Shown: positions 29,301-43,458 of the stretch, piece after piece | Layout: each line of letters begins with the position of its first letter | Position numbering within the stretch: the stretch's first letter is position 1 | DNA from: the human T2T-CHM13v2.0 reference genome, Homo sapiens | DNA: 64,000 bases | Direction of reading: 5' to 3' | NCBI GenBank assembly: GCA_009914755.4 | Contig: CP086569.2 | Coordinates: 11,712,001 to 11,776,000, forward strand | The notes under the pieces: model-generated | Seen by the model: the letters and a program-made list of their open reading frames with translations, nothing else | Databases searched by the model: none | What the model was told of the DNA's origin: nothing | Made by a program: the position numbers and the translations under genes

Positions 29301-32300
29301 TGGATTCAAATGCAGTAGACTGGAGTGGAATGGACTCAAAAGGAATGTAAACGAATGGAATGGAACTGAATGGAATGGAATGGAATGAAACAGAATGGAA
29401 AAGAATAGAATGGAATGGAATCGTATGGAACGGAATGGAATGGAATGTTATCAAATGGAATAGAATCGAATGGAATGGCATCAAAAGGAATGAAAGGGAA
29501 TAGAATGGAAACAAATGGAATAGAATCGAATGGAATGACAGAGAATGGAATGGCATGAAATAGTATGGAAAGGAATGCACTCAGAAGTAAAGGACTCAAA
29601 TGGAATTCACTTAAATAGAACGGCATCAAAAGAAATGGACTCTAGTGGAATTCACGCGAATAGAATCAAATAGAATGGAGTGCAATAGTGTGGAAAGGAA
29701 TCGAATGGAATGGAATCGAATGGAATGGAGCTTAATGGACTGGACTGCAGGAGAATTGACTCGAATGTAATGGATTGCAAAGAAATAGTTTGGAATAGAA
29801 TGAAATCCAATGGAATGCAATCGAATGGAATGGAAAGGAATGCATTGGAATAGAATAGAATGGAATGCAATGGAATGAAAGGTAGTGGAATCGAGTGGAA
29901 TGGAATCAAATGGAATGGAATCGAATGGAATGTACTGGAATGGAATCGATTCGAGTGGAATCTACTGGAACAAAATGGAATCAAATGGATTGGAATCAAG
30001 TGGAACAGAATGGAAAGGATTGGAAAGGACTTGAATGGATTGGGGTAGAAAGAAATTGAATCTAATGGGGTGGAATAGAAAAAATAGAAAGAAAAAGAAT
30101 TTAATGGAGTGTGATGGAAACATATGGAATGGAATTGAAAGGAATGTAATGGACTAGAATGGAATGGACTGGAGTGGAATGGACTCGAATGGAATGGAAA
30201 TGAATGGAATGGAATCAATGCAATGGAAAGGGGAAGAATAAAACGGAATCGGATGGAATGAAATGTAATGTAATAGAGTCGAATGGAATAGAATAGAATG
30301 GAATGGAATCGATTGGAATGGAATGCAGTGGAATGGAATGGAATGGAATGGAATGGAATGGAATGGAATGGACTCGAATGGATGAGAATGGAATGGAATG
30401 AAATGGAATGGAAGGGACACAAATGGACCCGAACGGAATGGGCTCTACTAGAATGGAATCGAAAGGAATGGTCTCGAATGGAATTTCTTCAAATAAAATG
30501 GAATGGAATGGAATTCAAAGTATGCAACGGAATCGAATGGAATGGAATCGAATGGAATGCACAAGAATGGAATGGAATGGAATAGAACGTACACAAATAT
30601 AATGGATAGTAATCTAACTGTTTTTAATGGCATGGAATCGAATGGAATGTCGTCAAATATAATGCAATGGAATGCAATGGACTGTAATAGAATGGAATGC
30701 AAAGGAATTGACACAGTGGAATCGAGTGGAATGGAATCAAATGGAATGTAATCGATTTTAAAGGAATCGAAAGGAATGGAATCGAATGGAATGGAATTGA
30801 ATGTATGCCAAAGGAATAGAATGTTATGGAGTGTAATGGAAGTATAATGAATGTAATGTAATGGAATGGAATGGAATCGAATGGAATTGACTGGATTTGA
30901 ATGGACTCGAATGGAATGGAGTGGATTGGAATGAAATGGAATGGAATGGAATGGAATGCAATGGAATGGAATTGGATGGAACGGAATGGAATGGAATGTA
31001 GTCGAATGGCATAGAATTGAATTAAATGGCATCGAATGGATTGGAATTTAATGTAGTGGAAGGGATGTGAATGGAAAGGAATTGAGTGGAAAAGAATGAA
31101 ATGGAATGTCATGGAATGGAATGGAATGGAACGGAATGGAATGGAATGGAATGGAATGGAATAAACCCAAATGTAATGGACTCAAATGGAACGGAATCAT
31201 ATAGGATGCATTAGAAAGGTATGGCCTCGAATGGAATTTATTCGAATAGAATGGAATCAAAAGTAATGCAATAGTATGGAATGCAATCGAATGGAATGCA
31301 ATGAAATGGAATGGAACGGAATGGAATGGACTGGAATACAACAGACTGGAATATAATGGATTGCAATGTAATTGCTTTCAATAGAATGGAACGTAATCAA
31401 ATTGAGTGGAATGGAATGCAATGAAATGGACACGAATGGAATGGACACGAATGGAATGGAATCGAATGGAATGGAATTGAATGGAATCGAAAGGAATAAA
31501 ATGGAAGGGAGTGTAATGGAAATATATCAAATGGAATGGAATGGAATGGAATGGTATTGACTCGAATGGAATGGACTGGAATAAAATGGACTCGAATGAC
31601 ATAGAATCAAATGAAATGGCTTCGACTGGAATGGAAGGGAATGAAATGGAATGGAATGGACCCAAATATAATGGAGTAGAATGGAATGGACTCAAATTAA
31701 ATTGACTCTAAAGGAATGGTATCAAATGGAATTTATTCGAATAGAATGGAATCGAATGGAATGCAAAAGAATGGAATGGCATCGAATGGAATGGAATCCA
31801 ATAGAGTGGACAAGAATGGAAAGGACTGGAATAGAATGGACTCAAATGTCGAAAGTATTGGAATGAAACGTATAGGAATGGAACAGAATGGGCTCGAATG
31901 GAATGGAGTCGAATGGAATGGAATCGAAAGGAATAGAAACAAATGGAATGGAATTGAATGGAATCAAAATGAATAGAATGGAATAGAGTTTAATAAAGAT
32001 ATTGAATGGAATGGAATGGAATGGAAAGGACTGGAATGGAATGGACTTGAATACAATGGACTGTAGTGGAATGAGCTCGAATGGAATGCAAAAGAATTGA
32101 TTGGAATGGAACGAAATGGAATGGAAAGGAATAGAATGGAATGGAATCGGAAGGAATGGATTGGAATTGAATGGATTCGAATGGAATAGAATCAATTGTA
32201 ATGGCATTGAATGGAATGGAATGGAATGTACTCGAAAGGAATAGATTCGAATGGAATAGAACCCAATGGAATGGCATCGAATGGAAAGGAATGGAATGGA

Positions 32301-35300
32301 ATGGAAGCGAATGGACCCAAATGTAATGGACCCGAATGGAATGGACTCAAATAGAATGAACTCAAAATGAATGTTCTCGAATGGATTTTGTTCGAAGAGA
32401 ATGAAATAAAATGGAATGCAATAGTATGGAATGGAATCGAATGGCTTGGAATCAAAAGGAATATTTTGGATGGGAAAGGACTGGAATAGAACAGACTCAA
32501 ATTTAATGGATTGCAATGTAATTGATTCTAATGGAATGGAATCAAATGGAATGTAATCAAATGGAATGGAATGGAATGAAATGGAATAGAATAGAATGGA
32601 ATGTTACCAAATGGAAGGGAATGGAATGCCATGAGATTTAAAACAATGGAATATAATAGAATGGAACAGCGGGAAATCGAGTGGAATGGAATTGAATGGA
32701 ATGAAATGGAATCGAGTGGCCTACAATGGAATAGAACAGAATGCAATGGAGTGTAACAAAATGGAATGGAATGGATTGGAATCAAACGGAACAGAATGGA
32801 ATGGAATGGACTTGAATGGAATGGAACCGATTGGAATGGAAATGAATGCAATCGTAAGGAAGTGAATGGAATGGAGTGTAATGCAATGATATCGAATGGA
32901 ATGGAATGGAACGGAATCAAATGGAATGGAATGGAATGGAATGAACTCGAATGGAATGGAATGAAATGGAATGGACTCGAGTGGAATAGTCAGGAGTTGG
33001 ATGGAATCGAATGGAATGGAAACAAATAGAATGGAATGAAATGGGGTGTCCAAGAATGGAACAGATTAGCATGGAAAGGCATCGAATGGAATGGAATGGA
33101 CTGGAAACGACTGGAGCGAAAATTAAGTGAATCGAATGAAACTGACTAAATTAGAGTGGACTCGAAAGGAACGGTCTCGAATGGAATTTATTCGAATAGA
33201 TTGGAACCGAATGGAATGCAGTAGTATGGAATGGAATCGAATGGAAGGGAATTGAATGGAATGCACTGGAATGGAATGGACTGGAATTAAATGGACTAGA
33301 TTGTAATTTATTGCAATATAATTGATACGATTTCAATGGAATCAAATGGAATGTTATCAAATGGAATAGAGTTGAATGCATTGGAATGGAATAGAAGGGA
33401 ATCCATTCGAATGCAATGGAGTGGAATAGAGTAGAATGGAATCGAATGGAATGGAATCAAATGGAATGGAATGGACTCGAAAAGAATGGACAAGAAAAAA
33501 TGGAATCGAACATATTGGAATTGAAGGAATGGAAAGGAATGGAATGGAATGGACTCAAATGGAGTGGAGTTGAATGGAATGGAACCGAATGGAATGGAAT
33601 CGCATGGAATGGAATTGAATGGAATCAAAAAGAATAGAATGGAATGGAGTGTTATGGAAAGATACTGAATGGAATGGAATGGACTCGAATGGAATGGACA
33701 AGACAGGAATGGACTTGAATAATATGAACTGCAGTGAAATGGACTTGAATGGAATGGAAATGAATGGAATGGAATGAAAAGGAATAGAAATGCATAGAAT
33801 ACAATGGAATCGGATGGAATGGAAGGGAATGGAATGGAGTGGAATGGAATGGAATCAAATGGAATGTACTCGAGTGCAATAGAATGGAATGGAATGGATT
33901 TGAATGAAATGGGAATGAATGGAATGGTTTTGAATGGACCCAAATGTAACGGACTCTAATGGTATGGACTCAAATAGAATGCACTCGAAAGGAAGTGTCT
34001 CGAATGGAGTTGATTCCATTAGAATGGAATTAAATGGAATGCATTAGTATGGAATGGAATCAAATGGAATGGAATCGAATGGAGTGGAAAGGAATGGACT
34101 GGACTGGAAAAGAACGGAATAGAATGTAACGAATAGCAATGTAGTTAATTTGAAGGGAATGGAATCAAATGGAATAGAATCAAATGCAATGCAATGTAAT
34201 GCAATGAATGGGATAGAATGGGTTGCAATGGAATGGAACGGAGTGCAATCGAGTGGAATGGAATGGAATGGAAAGGAATGGAGTAGAAAGGATTGGACTG
34301 GAAGTAAATGGCATTAAACGAATTGTAATCGAATATTATGGAATGGAATGGAATGGAAAGGACTGAAACAAAATGGAACAGAACGGATTGGAATAGAACA
34401 GAACTGAATGGAATGGAATGGAATGGACTCGAATGGAATGGACTGGAATGGAATGGAATGGAACAAAATGGAATCAAATAGAATGGAAATGAGTGGAACG
34501 GAATGGAATGGACTCGAAAGGAATGGAGTCGAAAGGAATGGAATGGAATGGAATGTCATGGAATGGAATCGAAAGGAATAAAATGGAACAGAGTGTAGTG
34601 GAAAGATATCGAATGGAATGGAATGGAATCGAATGGAATGGACTGGAATGGAATGGATTCGAATGGAATGAAATGGAGTGGAATGGTCTCCAATGTAATG
34701 GAAATGAACGGAATGGATTGGAATGGATTCGAAAGAAATGGACTCGAATGCACTGGACTGGAATGGAATGCACTGGAACAAAATGGAATCAAATAGAATA
34801 GAAGTGAGTGGAACGGAATGGAATGGAATCGAATAGAATGGAGTCGAATGGAATGGAATGGAATGGAATGGAATGGAATCAAAAGGAATAAAATGGAACA
34901 GAGTGTAGTGGAAAGATATCGCATGGATTGGAATGGAATTGAATTGAATGGAATGGACTGGAATGAAATGGAATGAAATAGAATAGAACAAAATGAAGTG
35001 GTCTCGAATGGAATGGACTCAAATAGAATGGATTTGAAAGAAATGAATCGAATGGAATTTATTAGAATAGAATGGAAACAAGTGGAATGCAATAGTATGG
35101 AATGGAAACGAATGGAATGGAATCGAAGGTTACGGACCGGAAAGGAATGGACTGGAATAGAAAGGACACTAATATAATGGATTAAAATGTAATTGATTTG
35201 AAAGTAGTGGAATCGAATGCGATGTAATCAAATGGAATGCAATGCAATGCAATGGAATGGAACGAAGTGGAATCGAGAGAATGGAATCGTATGAAATGGA

Positions 35301-38300
35301 ATCGAATGAAATGGACTCGAATGAAATGGACTGAAAAAGATGGAATCAAAGAGACTGGAATAAAAAGGAACGGAATTGAATGTAATGGAATGGAAAGGAA
35401 TCAAAAGGAATGGAGACCAACGGAATTGAATCGAGTGGAATGGAATGGAAAGGAATAGAATGGAATTGAATCAGATGGAATGGAATGGAATGGAATACAA
35501 TGGAATGGAGTCGAATGTAATGGACTGGGACAAAATGGAATAGGACGGATTGTAATCAAATGGAAAGGAATAGAATGGACTGGATAGGAATGGATTCAAT
35601 TGGAATGGACTGGAATGGAATGGACTCGTATGGAAAGGACTAGAATTGAATGGAATAGAATGGAATGGAAATGAATGGAATGGTAAGGAAAGGAATGCAG
35701 TGGAATGGAATGGAATGGAATAAAAGGGAATGGGATCATATGGAAAGGAATGTAATGTAATAGCCTCTAATGGAATAGAATGGAAAGGAATAATATTGAA
35801 AGGAATGGAATAGATTGGAATGGCATGGAATGGAATGGACTCGAATGGAATGGACTCAAATGCAATAGCATCAAATGCAATGGCATTGAATGGAATGGAA
35901 TGGAATGGACTCACATGGAATCGAGTCAAATTAAATAGAATCTAATTGAATGGAATTGAATGGAATCGTAAGAATCAAATGGACTGCAGTGTGATGTAAA
36001 GATACCGAATACAATGGAATGGACTCGATTGCAATTTACTGGAATGGAATGGACTAGAATGGACTGGACTGGAGTGGAATGGACTCGAATGGAATGGAAA
36101 CTAATGGAATGGAATGGATCGGGATGGAATAAAATAGAATGTAATGGGATGGAGTGGAATGGAATGGAGTGGAAAGGATTCGAATGGAATAGAATAGAAT
36201 GGAATGGCAATGAATCAAATGGAATGGCATGCAATGGAATGGACTGTAACGGAATGTACTCGAATTGAATAGCATTGAATGTAATGGCATCAAATAGAAT
36301 GGAAAGGAATGGAATGGAATGGAATGTATTGAAATTTACTTTATTTGAATGCAGTGGAATCAAATAGAATGGACTCGAAAGAATGGACTCGGATGGGAAA
36401 TATTTGAATAGAAAGGAATCAAAAGGATTGCAGTACTGTGCAATTGAATCGAATGGAATTGAATCGAATAGAATGGTCCAGAATGGAATAGATTGGAATA
36501 TTTCATGAAATGCAATATAATTGATATGAATGGAATGGAATCGAATGCAATGTAATCAAACGGAATGGAGAGGAGTGCAATGGAATGGAAGAGAATGGAA
36601 TGCAATGGAAGGGAATGGAGTGGAATCGAGTAGAATGGAATAGAATGGAATGGACTGGAATGGAATGGACTCGAATGTAATTGACTGGAACAAAATGCTA
36701 TCAAACGGATTGGAATCAAATGGAATAGAATGGAATGGAATGGAGTAGAACGAAATGGCATCGAATGGAATGGAAACGGATGGAATGGAATTGAATGGAG
36801 TTGAAAGGATTAGAATGGAATGGAGTGAAATGGAAAGATATCGAATGGCATGGAATGCAACTAAATGGACACAAATTGAATGGAAAATAATGGAATAGAC
36901 TCTAATGGAATGCACGGGAGTGGAATGGAGTCGAATGGAATGGAAAAGAATGGAATGGAATGGAATGGAATGGAATGGAATGGAATAAAATATAATTGAA
37001 TGGAACACAATGGAAAGTAATAGAATGAAATGGAAGTGGATGGTATGCAATAGAACGGAGTGGAGACGAACGGAATAGAATTGAATGTAATGGCGTTGAA
37101 TGGAAGAGAATGGACTCAAATGGAATGGACTTGAATGGAATAGAAAGAGATGGAATGGCATGGAATGGCATGGAATGGAATGGACACAAATGTAAAGGAA
37201 TCAAACAGAATGGAGTTGAAAGGAATGGTCTCGAAAGGCAATTGTTCGTATAGAATTGAATCGACTGGAATACACTTTTATGATATGTAATAGAATAGAA
37301 AGGAATCGAATGAAATGGACAGGAACGGAATATACTGGAATAGAAAGGACTCTATTGTAATGAGCTACAAAGAAATAGATTCGAATGGAATGGAATCGAA
37401 TGTAATGTACTGAAATTGAATGGAATGGAATGCAATGGAATGGAATAAAATGGAATGCAATGAAATGGAATGGATTGCAATCGAGTGGAATTGAATCGAA
37501 GGGAATGGATTTCAATGGAATGGAGTAGATTGGAATATACTGGAATGATACAGACTCGAATGGAATGGAATGGAAAAATGGAATCGAACGAGTAGGAATC
37601 AAACGGAATGGAAAGGAATGCAACGGAATGGAATGGCTTCAAAAGGAATTGAGTCGAATGGAATGGAATCAAAGTGAAAGGAATCGAAAGGAATGCAAGG
37701 GAATAGCATAAAAGGAATTTAATGGAAAGATATTGAATGGAACAGAATGGAATGGAATCGAATGGAATGGACTTCAATGAAATGGTCTTGAATGGAAAGG
37801 AGTGAACTGGAATGGACTCGAAAGAAATGGAAACGGATGGAATGGAATGGAAGGGAAAGGAATAGAATGGAATAGAAACGGCTGGAACAGAATGAAATGG
37901 AATGGAGTCGAATGGATTATAATCAAATGGAATGGCATCGAATGAAATAGAAAGGAAAGACTCGAATGGAATGGAAACGAATGGAATGGAATAGAATGGA
38001 ATGGAACCAGATGGAACAGAATGGAATGGAATGGACTCGAATGCAATAGAATCAAATGGAATGGCATTGAATGGAAGGGAATGGAATGGACTCGAATGGA
38101 ATGGACTCAAATGGAATAGAATAGAATTTAATGGAATAGAATGGATTGGAAGGAATGGAATGTACTCGAATGGAATGGAGACGAATGGAATATAATCGAA
38201 TGGAATGGACTGGAGTTGAAAGGACACGAATGGAATGGAAATTAAAGGAAAGGAATGGAATGGAAAGGAATGGAAAGGAAAGGAATAGAATGCATGTAAT

Positions 38301-38465
38301 TGGATGTAACGGAAATGAATAGAAAGGAGTGAAATGGAATAGAATAAAATGGAATGGCACCGAAGAGAAGGGTATCGAATATAATGGAATGTAATTTAAT
38401 GGAATGCACCCGAATATAATCGACTCCAATGGAATAGAATAGAATGGAATATCATGGAATGAAAT

Positions 38466-38510
38466 GGAATGGAATGGAATGGAATGGAATGGAATGGAAT
38501 GGAATGGAAT
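38466..38510 (+). repeat. Pure (GGAAT)n run, ~9 units. Similar short pure runs occur at ~15727-15771, 18383-18432, 23171-23217, 27847-27885, 30330-30370, 40583-40630, 59140-59188 and 59703-59743.
   Basis: Direct read. All pure runs are at most ~11 units, so the array is heavily diverged from the ancestral pentamer. Confidence 0.8.
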
Positions 38511-41399
38511 ACAATGGAATGGAGTGGAATGGAATGGAATGGAGTGTAATGGAATGGAATGGAATAGACTCAAATGTAATGGACTCGAATCCAAGGCAGT
38601 CAAATAGAACGGACTCCAAAGGAATGGCCTCGAATGGAGTTAATTTGAATAGAGAGGAATGGAATGGAATACGATAGTATGGAAAATAATCGAATGTAAA
38701 GGTATCAAATGGAAAGGAAGGCAATGGAATGGAATGGTCTGAAATAGAATGGACTTGAATGTACTTGATAGCGGTGTAGTTGAAACGAATGGAATGGATC
38801 GAAAAAATATAATCAAATGGAATGGAATAGAGTGCAATAGAATGGAATAGAAAGGAGTGCAATTGAATAGAATGGAGTGGAATGGAGTGAAAAGGAATCA
38901 AATGGAATGGAATCGAATGGTAGGGTCTGGAAAGCAATGTATCCAAATGGAATGGAAGGGAAAAAAATGCAATTGAACGGCTTAGAATCGATCAGAATGG
39001 AATGGATTGGAATGGAGTCGAATGGAATGGAGTCGAATAGAATGGAATGGCATGGAACGGTATAGAATGGAATGGAATGGAATGGAATGGAATAGACCCA
39101 AATGTAATGGACTCGAATCAAAGGGACTCAAATAGAATGGACTCGAAAGGAATGGCCTCGAATGGAGTTGATTTGATTAGAATTGAAAGGAATGGAATAC
39201 AATAGTATGGAAAGGAATCGAATGGACCGGCATCAAATGGAAAGGAAGGCAATGGAATGGACTGGAATAGAACGGACTCGAATGTACTGGATAGCGGTGT
39301 ATTTGAAACGAATGGAATGGAATCGAAACAATGTAATCAAAGGGAATGGAATGGACTGCAATGGAATGGAACAGAAAGGAATGCAATGGAATGGAATGGA
39401 GTGGAATTGAGTGAAAGGGAATCGAATGGAATGGAATCGAATGGGATGATCTGGAATGGAATGTATCTGAATGGAATGGAAGGGAAAAAAATGCAATCGA
39501 ACGGCTTAGAACCGTACAGAATGGAATCGATTGGAATGGAGTCGAATGGAACGGAATCCAAAGGAATGCACTCTAATGGAATGAGAATGAATGGAGTCAA
39601 AAGGAATAGAATGGAATCGAGTGTATTGGAAAGATATCGAATGGATTGGAAAGGAATTGATTCGAATGGAATGCACTCGAATGCAATCCAGTGGAGTGGA
39701 ATGGACGAGAATGGAAAGGAAATAAACGGAATAGGAAGGAAAGGAATGGAATGGAATGGAACTCTATGGAAACGAATAGAATTAAATGGAATCGGTTGGA
39801 ATGGAATGGAAGGGAATGGAGTCTAATAGAATAGAATCGAATGGAATGGCATTGAATCGAATGGAATTGAAGGGAGTTGACTCGAATGGGAAGGACCCCA
39901 ATGGAATTGAATTGAATGGAAAGGCATCGAATTAAATCGAAAAGAATGGAATGGAGTGAACTGAAATGGAATGGATTCGAATGGAATAGACTAGAATGGT
40001 ATGGCATCGAAGGGAAAGGAATGGAATGGAATGGAATGGTATGGACCGAAATGTAATGGACTGTACTCAAATATAATGGATTTGAAAGGAATGGTCTCAA
40101 AACAATTCATTCGATTAGAATGGAATCGAATTTAATGAAATAGTATTTAATAGATTCTAAGGGAATAGATTCCAATGGAAGGCACCAGAATGGAATGGAA
40201 ATTAATAGAACAGACAGAAATGTAATGGATTTCAATGTAATTACTATGAATGGAATGGAATCGGTTTTAATGCAATCAAATGGAATGGAAACTTATGCAA
40301 TGGAATGGAATAGAATGTAATGCAATGAAATGGAACGGAGTGGAATCGAGTGTAATGGATTCCAATGAAATGGCAACCAATGGAATCGAATCGAATGTAA
40401 TGGACACGAATTGAATGGAATGGAAAAATATGCAATCGAACGAATTGGAATCGAACGAAATGGAACGGAATGGAACGGAAGGTACTCGAATGGAATGGAA
40501 TCTAGTTTAATAGAATCGAATGGAATGGCATCGATTGGAAAGGAATGGAATGGAATGGACTCGAATGTAATGGACACGAATGGAATGGAATGGAATGGAA
40601 TGGAATGGAATGGAATGGAATGGAATGGAATGCACCCAAATGTAATGAACTCTAATGAAATGGACTTTAATAGAATGGATTAGAAAACAATGGGCTCGAA
40701 TGGAATTTAATCAAGTTGAATGGAATGGAATGGAATGGAATGCAAAACTATGGAATAGCATCAAATGGAATGGAATAGAATGGAGTGGAATGGAATGAAA
40801 TACACAGGTATAGAACAGACTCGAATATAATGGATTGCAATGTAAGTGATTCAAATGGAATGGAATAAAATGGAATATAATCAAATGGAATGGAATGGAG
40901 TGCATTGGAATGGAATAAAATGGAATGCAAACAATGGAAGAGAACTCAGTTGAATCTAGAGGAATGGAATCGAATGCAATGGAAAAGAATGGAATGGACA
41001 CGAATGGAATGGATTGGAAACAAATGGAATGGAAAGGATTTTAATCAAACAGAACAAAATAGAATGCAATGGACTCGAATGAAACGGAGTCGAAGAGAAT
41101 AGAATCAAATGGAAAGGAATCGAATGCAATCGAACCGAATGGAATGTGAATGAAGTTAATTGAAAGAAATAGAATGGAATGAAGTGTAATGGAAAGATAT
41201 CGAATTGAATGGAATTGAATGGAATGGACACAAACGGAAAGGACTGGAATGGAATGAACTTGAAAGGAATAGAATGGAGCGGAATGGACTCGAGTGAATT
41301 GGAATCGAATGGTATAGAATAGAATGGAATGCAAAGAAAAGGAATAGAAGGGAATGGAATCGGATATAACGGGACAGATTGGAATGGGGTAGAATTGAA

Positions 41400-43458
41400 T
41401 AGAATCGAAAGGAATGTCATCGAATGTAATGGAATGGAATGGACTCGAATGGAATGGAGTGACATGTAATGGAATCTAAAGGAATGGAATCGAATAAAAT
41501 GGAATTGAATGGAATAGAAAGGAATAGAATGGAATGGAGTTTAATGGAAAGATATTAAAAGTAATGGAATGGAATTGAGTGGACACGAATGGAATGGACT
41601 GGAATGGAAAGGACTCGAATGAAATGGAGCGCATTAGAATGGACTCTAATGGAATGGATTGGAGTTGAATGGTCTCGAATGGATTGGAAACGAATGGAAA
41701 GGAAAGGAATAGAATGGAATGTAATCAAATGGAACGAAAAGGAATGGAATGGATTAGACTGGAACAGAATTGAATGGAGTGGAATTGAATGGAATGGAAT
41801 GCAATCGAACGGAATGGACACGAATGGAATAGAATGAAATGAAATGGCATAGAATGGAATGGAATGGAATGGAATGGAATGGAATGGAATGGAATGGCAT
41901 GGAATGGAATGCAATGGAATGAAATGGATTGGAATGGGACGGACCCAAAAGTAATGGACTCAAATAAAAGGGACTCAAATAGAATGAATTGGAAAGAAAA
42001 GGTCTCGAATGTAATTTATTCGAATAGAAAGATATTGAATGGAATGCAAAAGTATGCAATGGTATCGAATAGAATGGAATAGAATGGAATGGAATGGAAC
42101 GGAATGCAGTGCATTTGAACAGACACAAATGCAATAAATTGCAATATAATTGATTCAAATGGAATGGAATCAAATAGAATGCAAACAAATGGAATGGAAG
42201 GCAATGCAATGGAAAGGAATAGAATGAAATGGAATAAATAGAATGGAATCGAATGGAAAGGACGCGAATATAATGGACTGTTAAGGAAAGGTCTCGAATT
42301 GAATTTATTCCAATCGAATGGAATGCAATGCTATTTAATCGAATCGAACGGAATGGAATAGAATGGAATGGACAGGAATGTAATGAACTGGAAGTGAATG
42401 GACAAGAACGTAATATATTGCAGTGTAATTTATTCAAATGGAATGGAATGCAATCGAATGGAATGGACTCGATTGGAATGGACTGGAGTGGAATGGACTC
42501 AAATGGAATGGAAACGAATGTAATGGAATGGAACGGAAAGCAAAGGAATCTACTGGAATAGAATCGAACGGAACAGAAAGGAATGGAATGGAATGGAGCG
42601 GAATGGACTCGAATGGAATGTATTCGAATGTAATGGACCTGAAGGGAATGGAATCCAATGGAATGGAATTGAATGGAATCAAAAGGAATAGAAACGAATA
42701 GAGTGTAATTGAATGATATCGAAAGGAAGAGAATGGAATGAACTCGAATGGAATGCACTGGAATGGAATGGACTTGATCAGAACGGACTGGAGAGGAATG
42801 TACACAAATGGAATAGAAACGAGTGGAATGGAATGAAATGGAATAGAATGAAATGGAATTGAAAGGAACTGAATCAAATGGAATCAAAAGGAATGGAATG
42901 GATTGGAATAGAATGGATTCAAATAAAATAGAATCGATTGGAATGGTATTCAATGGAAGGGACTTGAATGGAATGGAAAGCAATGGAAGATATTGGAATC
43001 GAATGGCATCGAATGAAATGGAATGGAACGGAATGGAACGGAACCGAATGGAATGGAATGGACTCAAATGTAATGGACTCGTATGTAATCGAATGAAATA
43101 TAATAGACTCGAAAGGAATGGACTCGAGCGGAATTTATTTGAATAGAATGGAATCAATTGGAATACAATAGTATTGAAAGGAATAGAATCGAATGGAATC
43201 GAATGGAATGTAATAAAATGGAATGGCAAGGAATTCAATATAATGGAATAGACTGGAATGCACTGGAAAGGAGCAGGGTGGAATCGAGTGTAATGGAATC
43301 AAAGGGAATGAAATCGAATTGAATGGACTTGAATGGAATTGACTCGAAAGGAATTGACTCGAAAGGAATGGACTGGAACAAAAAGGAATCAAATGGACAG
43401 GAATGGAATGGACTCGAATGGAATGGAGTGAAATGCAAACGCATCGAATGGAATGGAT
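41400..43458. repeat. HOR unit Z (partial): the distal part of module X (~41.4-42.33 kb) plus the ~1.13 kb unit tail
   Basis: ORFs 41555-41914, 41589-41837 and 41754-43238 match ORFs 46878-47333, 47116-47349 and 47361-48789 of unit A (offset ~5.51-5.55 kb). 43135-43392 matches 48686-49033. Similarity to module X fades upstream of ~41.39-41.44 kb. Confidence 0.7.

Larger units (their letters stand above)
1..41400. repeat. Diverged HSat3 domain without a clear higher-order repeat; short pure runs of at most ~11 pentamers separated by degenerate pentamers and recurrent non-pentameric motifs
   Basis: No ORF-track landmark recurs at a constant long period here, apart from the two ~1 kb dispersed duplications listed separately. 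The HOR landmarks of the downstream domain (MKLHSIPFC, MTFQSILFL, GGAATCCGATTGGACAG) are absent upstream of ~41.4 kb. Confidence 0.7.

Noticed and set aside
41754-43238. Longest ORF in the track (494 aa, - strand) and the many other 60-410 aa ORFs as candidate protein-coding genes
   Set aside because: Translations are pure low-complexity pentamer read-outs (IPFHS on -, MEWNG on +). The same ORFs recur in every HOR unit. All three frames of GGAAT are stop-free, so ORF length just measures the local absence of point mutations to TAA/TAG/TGA. There are no start-context, splice or promoter features and no domain-like sequence.
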